DNA of 64,000 nucleotides from Octopus vulgaris (Eukaryota), in NCBI GenBank assembly GCA_951406725.2, contig OX597819.1, positions 8,866,001 through 8,930,000 of the forward strand. Direction: 5' to 3'. A program made the translations under genes and the position numbers. A model generated the notes under the pieces. It made no database searches. It was not told the origin of the DNA and saw only the letters and a list, made by a program, of their open reading frames with translations. Shown here piece after piece: positions 54,231 through 64,000 of this stretch. Position 1 is the stretch's first letter. Each line of letters begins with the position of its first letter.

Positions 54231-54467
54231 ATGTATGTGTGTATGTATGTATGTGTGTATGTATGTATGTATGTATGTATGTATGTATGTATGTATGTAT
54301 GTATGTATGTGTGTATGTATGAATGTATGTATGTATGTATGTATGACGTGTAATGTGCAATATATTATGGTTCAGTATGTAGCTAAATGTGATTTCATGT
54401 ATGTGTAAAGTGGGGAATGCGTGTGGAAACATATGTGTATGTGCATATGTTTATATATATATATATA
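53545..54467. repeat. ~920-bp inverted duplication centred on an (ATAC)n/(GTAT)n switch
   Basis: 108-bp unique arms 53573-53680/54345-54452, one visible mismatch. Confidence 0.93.
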
Positions 54468-54473
54468 AATCTC

Positions 54474-54544
<71 letters not shown>

Positions 54545-54576
54545 GTGTGTGTGTATGTATGTATATATATATATTG

Positions 54577-54619
<43 letters not shown>

Positions 54620-54892
54620 ATATGCATATATGTATACATATATACATATACATACATATATATGAGTACGTATGTATATGTATATATGTATACATATATG
54701 CATATATACATATATGTATATGTATATGTATCTCTTATGATATATATATATATATATATATATATACATGCATATACAATGTATATATGTATATGCGTAT
54801 ATACTTATATACATACATATATACATATATACAAACATATATACACATATATACATATAAGAAAGAATCGCTCATGTCAAATTTATATGCAT

Positions 54893-54923
<31 letters not shown>

Positions 54924-55413
54924 CTCTGATATATATATACATATGCATATATAAATATATATAAGTGCATATATACACTCATATATATATATAAGTATAT
55001 ATATAAGTATATATATGTGATATATATGTATGTGTGGGGGTGTATACACATAGATATATATATATGCATTTATAATATACGGGCTGAAATACGCATATAT
55101 GTGCAATTATATACATGGTGTGGGTGCGTATGGCTGGTGGTGGGTGTATGCTTGCTGCCAACTCACTCTTACGTATGACCATCTTTTGTGCTCCCTTCTT
55201 CTTTCCTTTTAAGATGTCGAATCTCTTTGCCATGAGGTCTCTAGTGATGAAAGCATACATCAGTGTGGTAAGACGAAAATGCAACGATCTGAGCGACCGA
55301 AGCATCTGTTTATATATGAGTATATATAAATACATAGGCAGTCATATTGAATGGGTGTATAATTTTGCGTTTGCTTATCTAAGTATATACAGACATGTGC
55401 GTGTGCTTATATA

Positions 55414-55646
55414 TATTTCTTTACTGCCCACAATGGGTTAAACATAGAGGGGACAAACAAGGACAGACAAACGGATTAAGTCGATTACATCGACCCCAGT
55501 GTGTAACTGGTACTTTATTTATCGACCCCGAAAGGATGAAAGGCAAAGTCGACCTCGGCGGAATTTGAACTCAGAATGTAACGGCAGACGAGATACGGCT
55601 ACGCATTTCGCCCGGCGGGCTAACGTTTCTGCCAGCTCACCGCCTT
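55414..55646 (-). mobile_element. SINE family C
   Basis: Full copy. Confidence 0.93.
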
Positions 55647-56138
55647 CCTTTGTTTATATATGTGTTTATAAATGTGTATGTGTGAGTGTGGGAGTCCGTG
55701 CGTGCATGCATGCGTGTGTGTGTGTGTATGTATGCATGTATGTATGTATGTATAGATTGAAAGATACATACATTCATACGTACACACACATGCATACGTA
55801 CATACAAATATACCCACATACATATAGAGTGTTCGGAATAAATTTGCCAATTTGCATAAAATATAAGTATTTTCAGAAGTAAAAGAATATCAACTAGATT
55901 ATGGCTAGGAGATAAACCTGTACTCAAAGTAGCACCACCTGGCACTTAAGGAATTCCAGTTTGAGAATCATTTTGTGTCTTCTACCAGTGTAAGAAATCC
56001 TTGAACATGATGCTGAGTTTCGAATCTTCTCCTTTATTGATGTCACTGAAGAAAATACCATCACACCGTCCGAAGGAAGTGTCATTCATATTACATAACG
56101 TAGTTGTATATACATTGTTATGTAATATGTAGATTACG

Positions 56139-56525
56139 GGAGGCGCAATGGCCCAGTGGTTAGGGCAGCGGACTCGCGGTCATAGGATCGCGGTTTCGAT
56201 TCCCAGACCAGGCGTTGTGAGTGTTTATTGAGCGAAAACACCTAAAGCTCCACGAGGCTCCGGCAGGGGATGGCGGTGATCCCTGCTGTACTCTTTCACC
56301 ACAACTTTCTCTCACTCTTACTTCCTGTTTCTGTTGTACCTGTATTTCAAAGGGCCGGCCTTGTCACTCTCTGTGTCACGCTGAATATCCCCGAGAACTA
56401 CGTTAAGGGTACACGTGTCTGTGGAGTGCTCAGCCACTTACACGTTAATTTCACGAGCAGGCTGTTCCGTTGATTCGGATCAACCGGAACCCTCGTCGTT
56501 GTAACCGACGGAGTGCTTCCATCCC
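56139..56525 (+). mobile_element. SINE family A
   Basis: Full copy; TSD ATATACATTGT with extra 5' filler. Confidence 0.95.
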
Positions 56526-56890
56526 ATATACATTGTATCTAAAGAAAAGATAGGATGCTTTGTATTGCCTTGAGCTCTCAGTTGCAACTGGTAACGTTGG
56601 CGCACTATCCTGACATACGACGTCTTGAGCGTCTCAACTTTGTAGATTCCATCCGTCTCTAGGTCTGACAATAGGAGTTTCTTCTAAAAAATTAGAGTCA
56701 GAAAGGGTGAAACAGGGAGGTTAAAAGAGAATCGACCAGTAAACTGGACGGCTATCTTATTTATCGAACCTGAAACGACGAAAGTCTAAGTTTACCGGGG
56801 CCGGATTTTAAGTTCACAAAGCCAGAAAGCAGAGACGGAACAAATATCGCTAGGTATTTTATTGGACATTCTAATGACTCTACTAATTTG

Positions 56891-57279
56891 AGTGGAGGCG
56901 CAATGGCCCAGTGGTTAGGGCAGCGGACTCGCGGTCATAGGATCGCGGTTTCGATTCCCAGACCGGGCGTTTGTGAGTGTTTATTGAGCGAAAACACCTA
57001 AAGCTCCACGAGGCTCCGGCAGGGGATGGTGGTGATCCCTGCTGTACTCTTTCACCACAACTTTCTCTCACTCTTACTTCCTGTTTCTGTTGTACCTGTA
57101 TTTCAAAGGGTCGGCCTTGTCACTCTCTGTGTCACGCTGAATATCCCCGAGAACTACGTTAAGGGTACACGTGTCTGTGGAGTGCTCAGCCACTTACACG
57201 TTAATTTCACGAGCAGGCTGTTCCGTTGATTCGGATCAACAGGAACCCTCGTCGTCGTAACCGACGGAGTGCTTCCTAC
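56891..57279 (+). mobile_element. SINE family A
   Basis: TSD CTACTAATTTG. Confidence 0.95.
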
Positions 57280-57539
57280 CTACTAATTTGGCATCTAAAA
57301 AGAAGAAATAGAAACGGCCGGAAGTTGATCATATTTGTCATATGGCTGCAAAACATCCATTACACGAAACAGTGTTAAAGTATTAAAACTGGTGGTTTAC
57401 GTGTTTACAGTGTCTTTGTGAAAATGCATTGAATACCCTTCTCAAGAGAATTCATCACAGAGCAAATGGCCCCTCCTTTTCCTCTTCATCTTTACTCTTC
57501 GTAATTCATTTCTATTTACTGGCATATTTTATTTATACA

Positions 57540-57940
57540 CTAGCAGTATCGCCCGGCGTTGCTCGGGTTTGTAAGGGAAATAACTATATAAGCATTTTTA
57601 GAGATGTAAAGTATAATAGCCATCTCAACATGGCTAACCACAAAGGGGGGGGGTTTACTGTAGCTTTTTACGTTCTGAGATTTAATAATACATCTTTAGA
57701 GAGTTACTTCCCTTATATAAACCGAGCGAAAATGCATTAAAAATACGGAAAAATTATGGTAATTTTTTTTTTAAATCGTAGACTCATCGTAGACGCGCGC
57801 TAATACCCAGAAGGGCTCGATATGAATCACGACTATAAGATACCCGCTTTTGGTTACACTGTACCGCAAAATGTGGGAGTAGTTAGGAATCTAAATCGTA
57901 GGAGACAGACAGCACACAACCTCTCTTTTATATATAAAGA
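57540..57940 (-). mobile_element. Non-autonomous Helitron family 1
   Basis: TC...hairpin-CTAG|T. Confidence 0.9.
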
Positions 57941-58181
57941 AGAAGAAAATATAAAATCTATTTCATAACTAATTCCTTGTGCATGAATCCAACTCATCCG
58001 AAATTGAGACATTAGGTCTTCGTCTTCGTCACGTTTTTCTTTTTTTTTTTGTATTTTTAATATACTGTGTATGCCAGGGTATGGAACTAGCAAAATCAAT
58101 AGCAATAGGACAAAACGGTAACAGAGTCTAGACACGTTACTTTTTGAGAACAACAGTTGTAAAATATATACATATAAACAA

Positions 58182-58250
<69 letters not shown>

Positions 58251-58413
58251 CACATACATACATATAATCAGCCAAAATTGCGACGATGATCCGGTTCTTG
58301 ACTGAAGATTGAAGGCTTCGAATGTCTCGTCCGTGTTTTTTTTTGTGTCGTCTTCTAAATGTTTCACGTTCTTGTCCCAGTTTGTATTTTTTTACTTTTA
58401 CATATATATATAT

Positions 58414-58595
58414 AAGGCGAGCTGGCAGAATCTTTTTAACACGCCGGGCGAAATGCTTAGCGGTATTTTGCCGAGGTCTACTTTGCCTTTCATCCTTTCG
58501 GGGTCGATAAATAAGTACCAGTTGCGTACTGGGATCGATCTAATCGACTGCGCCCCCTCCCTAAAACTTTCGGGCCTTGTGCCTTGAGTAGGAAA

Positions 58596-58597
<2 letters not shown>
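58414..58597 (+). mobile_element. SINE family C variant (internal deletion, different tail)
   Basis: Family C head and core. Confidence 0.8.
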
Positions 58598-58633
<36 letters not shown>

Positions 58634-58641
58634 TTACATAA

Positions 58642-58672
<31 letters not shown>

Positions 58673-58780
58673 TTCGTATACATACGTATATATTACGAAG
58701 GTAATGAGTTCAAGAGACTAGAAGAGAGAGCCGAGTTTTTAAATTTTAACAAATATATTAGTTTAACACTTAAAAAGAAC

Positions 58781-58823
58781 GTTCTCTTGCCGTTTCGGAC
58801 ACTGCTTCTTCATCAGAAAAAAC
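58781..58823 (-). ncRNA. Degenerate minimal hammerhead motif (PLE-type)
   Basis: GTTTTTT-CTGATGA-AGAAGCAGTGTCC-GAAAC-GGC-AAGAGAAC; stem II and cleavage triplet mutated. Confidence 0.45.
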
Positions 58824-58989
58824 ATTGTGGGGCAAACATAAAAAAATGAAAATTATTTGGAAAAAAGAGTAAGGAGCTAGGTAGGAATGTGGTTCTAAGT
58901 AGGGAGCTAGGAAGGGAGAAAGTAAGGTGGTGTGTCCATGTATAAGAGTATGTCCGTGTAGAGAAGTGGATAATACATACATAAATACA

Positions 58990-59454
58990 TCTCTCTCTAT
59001 ATAAACGGCAGTTTGTCTGTCTGTGTGTCTGTGTGTCTGTTAGGTTGTACCCTCACCCTGACCACGGCTTTCAACCGATTCTGATGAAACTTGACACACA
59101 CATAGCCCAATGTCATAATTCAAAACTAACGCAGCGAAAATTTTGAAAAGTTCCCCCAGTTCTAAAAAGATCGATAAATTCGACATGGGGTCGAGAATCT
59201 AAGCTTTTTATATGCAACACATTTTCTGGGCTGTACGTGGGCTGTTCACGCGTTGGGAGGCGCAATGATGTTTTCATGTTTTCTCCCAAAGGGACAGCTA
59301 GGAACATCGTATACACAGAAGTATTCGAGTGAAGAGAAGACATTGCAACCTACACATGCGCCTTCGTTCCCTAGAGGGAAAGGACTAGATTGGGATTAGT
59401 CGTTGTCTACTAGGAGCTCTTACATACCCGGGCAACGCCGGGCTATGCTGCTAG
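58990..59454 (+). mobile_element. Non-autonomous Helitron family 2
   Basis: A|TC start, 3' CCCGGGCAACGCCGGG hairpin plus CTAG|T. Confidence 0.88.
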
Positions 59455-59669
59455 TAGATACATAAATACATACATACATACATACATACATACATACATA
59501 CATTCATACATAAATACATACATACATATACAACCATTACCATCCCGTCCCCAGCGGAAAATGAGAAGCTGCAACAGATCAATGCAATGAAATAGTTAAT
59601 GAATATGTACAGCAACACGTTAGATGTAACATAAATAACAAGACACATAAGAAACGGTAAAGAAAAACG

Positions 59670-59714
<45 letters not shown>

Positions 59715-59844
59715 AACACACACACACACATATCGCATTTCACCAACAGAAACAAAAAAAACTATAGCATTAGATCCAACAAGTAATTATGCTAGTCTAA
59801 TCTAGGACTCGGTTCTATCTACAAGGGATCACAATATTCTATAA

Positions 59845-60067
59845 AGGGCGGCGAGCTGGCAGAATCGTTAGCACGCCAGGCAACATGCGTAGCCGTATTT
59901 CGTCTACCGTTACGTTCCGTGTTCAAATTCCGCCAAGGTCGACTTTGCCTTTCATCCTTTCGGGGTCGATAAATTAAGTACCAGTTACGCACTGGTGTCG
60001 ATGTAATCGACTTAATCCCCTTGTCTGTCCCCTCTGTGTTTAGCCCCTTGTGGGTAGTAAAGAAATA
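59845..60067 (+). mobile_element. SINE family C
   Basis: Full copy; TSD AATATTC(T/C)ATAAAG. Confidence 0.93.
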
Positions 60068-60301
60068 AATATTCCATAAAGAGCAGTAAGCTACGTACAT
60101 CGCATCATAACAGATTAAACACTGACCGCTTATGCACTGAAGCAAAAATATAAAATTGAAAGAAAAACCGTAGTAAGCTTTAACAAAAACAGTCCCTATT
60201 ACTAGGTGAAACCCTACTTTCAAATATATGGACACACATACAATAGAATCATAATATTGCTATCTTTTCCACTCAATAGGACAAGCATAAGATGCAAAAG
60301 C

Positions 60302-60545
60302 TCATCATCATCATCATTATTGTTCGAACGTGGTCGAGACAATGGAATTTACCATGCTACGCCAGACTTCACGGTCCATCATGGCATTACGGAGGTCCTG
60401 TTGCTAGATGCCTGTATCCCTGGAGATTACATCAGGGTAGGAGAGTGTGCGCCCTCATGTATTGCGAGTAGATGGCTTCCAGAGGAAAAAGAGTAGAAAT
60501 TACCTCTTTTTCAGCTTTAGAACAATGTCCAGCAAACTGCAAAAG
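60302..60545 (-). mobile_element. RTE-clade LINE 3' end
   Basis: LWKPSTR..GRTLSYPDVISRDTG..LRNAMMDREVWRSMV, (TGA)n tail. Confidence 0.8.
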
Positions 60546-61039
60546 CTCACAGACATAACTGCGACAAGAATAGTTATACAAACGACACATATCGTGTTAT
60601 GATACAAAAGATACACAACAGCTGTCTCGCTCATATCGACCACACCTTAGCCACCGCTGTGGTTATCAACATCACACTCATCAGTTGTTAAAACTTGAAA
60701 TAAACTTTAACTCAAAATGCACACTAATAGAACTCACGAACTTATTTCGTGAAAATTTTTTTAATATTCTCATGGCCATAATCTGATCTAGATACTGTTG
60801 TAACTATACGCATGTCTGAGTCGGTACAGCATCAGCAATTGGAGAAGAACTCGGTAGTTGGCGTCTGATGAAAGCTCATTTCGCAATTACATGATTTTGA
60901 TTTCAAGCCGTACGGCCAGTTGAACTTCACTGCGCGTCGTTTTGGACGTGTTTATTCTACTATGACTTTGAGCTGACCAATACTTTCTGAAATTCATTAA
61001 CCTGAAAATGTACGCAAGCCTACTATAAACACACGCACG

Positions 61040-61082
<43 letters not shown>

Positions 61083-61183
61083 CACACACATGCACATGCA
61101 CACACGCACATATACTCACATATATATATACATATATGTTAAGATTTCCTTTAGATATGGCGATACTAATAATCTGGTGTATG

Positions 61184-61261
<78 letters not shown>

Positions 61262-61263
<2 letters not shown>

Positions 61264-61395
61264 GGTCTTCTTTCAGTTTTCGTCTACTAAATCAATTCAC
61301 AAGGTGTTAGTCGGCCCGGAACTATAATAGAAGACATTTCTCCAAGGTGCTGCACAATTGGAGAAGTGCTAATTACTCGCACAGCCATACCTGCG

Positions 61396-61397
<2 letters not shown>
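61262..61397 (-). mobile_element. Degraded SINE family B 5' half
   Basis: Diverged match to family B. Confidence 0.75.
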
Positions 61398-61431
<34 letters not shown>

Positions 61432-61463
61432 AAGAGGGAGAGAGAGAGTAATTTCACTTAAAG

Positions 61464-61604
61464 AATGACAAAAGAACAACTTTTATGTAATTACTTTCAT
61501 TAGCTTACAGCTGTTTCCGTTATAGGAAGCACTGTGTCATCTTATAGCAGAAACAATTGAAGCGTAATGAACGTGATTACAAAACTCCTGTAATTTTGTC
61601 ATTT
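61464..61604. mobile_element. Old PLE-like hairpin with hammerhead 3' half
   Basis: Diverged inverted arms; minus strand GGAAACAGCTGTAAG. Confidence 0.45.
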
Positions 61605-62579
61605 ATCAATTAATATTATACTTTTTACTCATTGATGCTTTACTTTAATGCATACGTGTACTAATTTTTAACAACTAGTTATTAGTATTTCTACGCTTAA
61701 CCGAAGTCACAATACATATATGTGGTGTATGTATATGACTCTGTGTGTGTGTGTGTGCCAGAAGTACACTTAAGTATACAAAAAATATTCTAAATGCATA
61801 ATAAAATTCGTAAATATTGAATATATGATTTATATTAGATTAGTAAATATCTAAGTAAATACTGAATACACATACACGTCTGTGTGTGTGTGTATGTGTG
61901 TGTGTGTGTGTGTGTGTATGTGTGTATGTGTGTGTGTGTACCAAGCGTCAATGATTTAGATTTTCCAGTACATAATGTATCTAATTAGCAAATAATTATA
62001 AAACTAATTTTTTGTTAATAAATTGTACTGTTGAAAATGATATAATAAAATATTATATTTGAATAGAAAACATCTATAATTAGAAAAAAGAAAAAGAACT
62101 TGTGACTATATAGTTTTATAAAAGTTTACGTATCATATCAGTTTTATCTAATCAAATCTTCATAGACTGTGTAACTATTCGGAAAAGCAAAATTTATGAG
62201 AACACCAATAAAGCATATTTATAATGGCCACTTTATGTTGAGTATGGTTATTGTTATTGCCGAACCTATGTATTAATCAGCTCTTAAACTACACCGTATG
62301 TAATAAAAATTGACAAAAATTGCTTGGGGTAGGGTGTGGTAAATGCACGGCAAGTTTGAAGCGATATAAGTACATGCTCGGATCTAATTAGCTTAGTGCT
62401 TCTAAAGAGTTCTACCATTCGTGGCGATGTATCCCTTGGGTAATCTATGAAATAGAACGAAAATAATATTCAGAAACGCAAAGTGTGTTAAGTAAAATTA
62501 TAGTTTTTAAAATCACCTTTCAAGTGATTTAATTTTAAATATAAATGGTGATAAATATTATGAAGAGTAATAGCAAAAT

Positions 62580-62633
62580 TTTATTGTTATTATTATTGCT
62601 ATATTTATTCACATTCATATTATTATTATCACT

Positions 62634-62687
<54 letters not shown>

Positions 62688-62836
62688 GTCGTCATCATTA
62701 TTATTATTGTTATTATTATTATTATTATTGTTATTATTATTATTATTATTATTATTGTTATTATTATTGTTGTTATTGTTGGTGTTGTTGTTGTTGTTGC
62801 TACTATTATTATCATAATAAACATCATTATCATCAC

Positions 62837-62909
<73 letters not shown>

Positions 62910-62946
62910 TTTATCATCATTATTATTATTATTATTATGAATTATT
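62580..62946. repeat. (TAT)n/(CAT)n/(TGT)n trinucleotide array
   Basis: Simple repeats. Confidence 0.97.
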
Positions 62947-63341
62947 ACTCTTTTACTCTTTTACTTGTTTCAGTCATTTCACTGCGGCCATGCTAGAGCT
63001 CCGACTTTAGCCGAGCAGATCGCCCCCAGAACTTGTTCTTTGTAAGCCTAGTACTCATTCTATCGGTCTCTTTTGCCGAACCGGTAAGTTACGGGGACGT
63101 AAACACACCAGCATCGGTTATCAAGCGATGTTGGGAGGACAAACACAAACACACAAACATATACACACACATACATATATATATATACATATATACGACG
63201 GGCTTCTTTTAGTTTCCGTCTACCAAATCCACTCACAAGGCTTTGGTCGGCCCAAGGCTATAGTAGAAGACAATTGCCCAAGGTGCCACGCAGTGGGACT
63301 AAGCCCAGAACTATGTGGTTCGTAAGCAAGCTCGTAACACA
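62947..63341 (-). mobile_element. SINE family B
   Basis: Nearly full copy. Confidence 0.92.
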
Positions 63342-64000
63342 GTGTAGGTAAAAATACACCGGAGTCTTTTGTCATCTGTCAAGTCACAACAAGGGCCTCA
63401 GACTGATAATACTTTCCTTAAGATGTGCACTGTGCCCAATAAGGCTGCCTTTTGCAAGACATCAATCTCGCATGGGATTTCTAGTTGCCTTACAGTCTTA
63501 CCATTTCCACTTTCAATTCGGAGGACTTAGTGATTTTTTCAACCTCTTTACTCACAACATTCATGACATTTGATATGGGTACATCAATGATCTAACAGTA
63601 TTTGTCTCTCTTATTCAATATAACAATATCCGGCCGACGGTGTTCGATTACACGATCCGTCTGGAAATCATAGTCCCAGAGCATCGTTACTTTTCCATCC
63701 TCCTTCACTTGGTACATGCTCGTACCAGTTCTCTGTTATTTCATATTGGTATTTACGGCATAAGAGCTAACGAAGATACACACACACTTTATCGCGGCGA
63801 CGCTTGTATTCTTTTTGTACAAGGCTCTCACACCCATTTACCAAATGGGTCGCATTTTCCACACTCTTTCCACAGAGTCTGCATTTCTAGGTGTCAGAAG
63901 TTTTATAGATGTTATACTTCACTGAATTGGTAGCGAGAGCCTGGTCTTGTGCAGCAATGATCAGGCTTTCGATGGTACGCTTCAAATCACCTCGCTCAAG
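63342..64000 (-). mobile_element. R4/Dong-clade non-LTR retrotransposon 3' part (CCHC knuckle plus restriction-like endonuclease)
   Basis: ESLIIAAQDQALAT..CRLCGKSVENATHLVNGC..WYEHVP..LWDYDFQTDRVIEHRRPDIV..IIDV..LQKAALLGTVHILRKVL*; stop at 63398. Confidence 0.92.

Noticed and set aside
56221-57229. Recurrent ORFs MFIERKHLK.. / PAVLFHHNFL..
   Set aside because: Incidental frames within SINE A copies
58296-58330. CTGAAGA..GAATGTC hammerhead-like string
   Set aside because: Weak stems and GAAA incomplete

Overview
AT-rich, microsatellite-dense eukaryotic DNA, most likely from an octopus genome (inferred from recalled octopus-type tRNA-derived SINEs and (TA)n/(ATAC)n density; not database-checked). 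No intact host gene is evident, and nearly all listed ORFs are microsatellite or SINE artefacts. The window holds decayed mobile elements: a Ty3/Gypsy pol with 3' LTR, a mariner, a full-length DD37D (maT) transposon, a hAT, CR1-like, RTE and R4/Dong LINE pieces, four Penelope-like (PLE) RT/GIY-YIG remnants, about 30 SINEs from three main families, and six non-autonomous Helitrons. The most notable hidden structure is a set of non-coding inserts, mostly in (TA)n tracts, built as hairpin plus tail, several carrying type I hammerhead ribozyme motifs. The best one (22768-23303) is a roughly 1.4-mer of a highly structured 353-nt unit with a canonical hammerhead core and a terminal inversion, i.e. 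a retrozyme or non-autonomous PLE candidate. Locally templated insertions and snap-back palindromes are also present.
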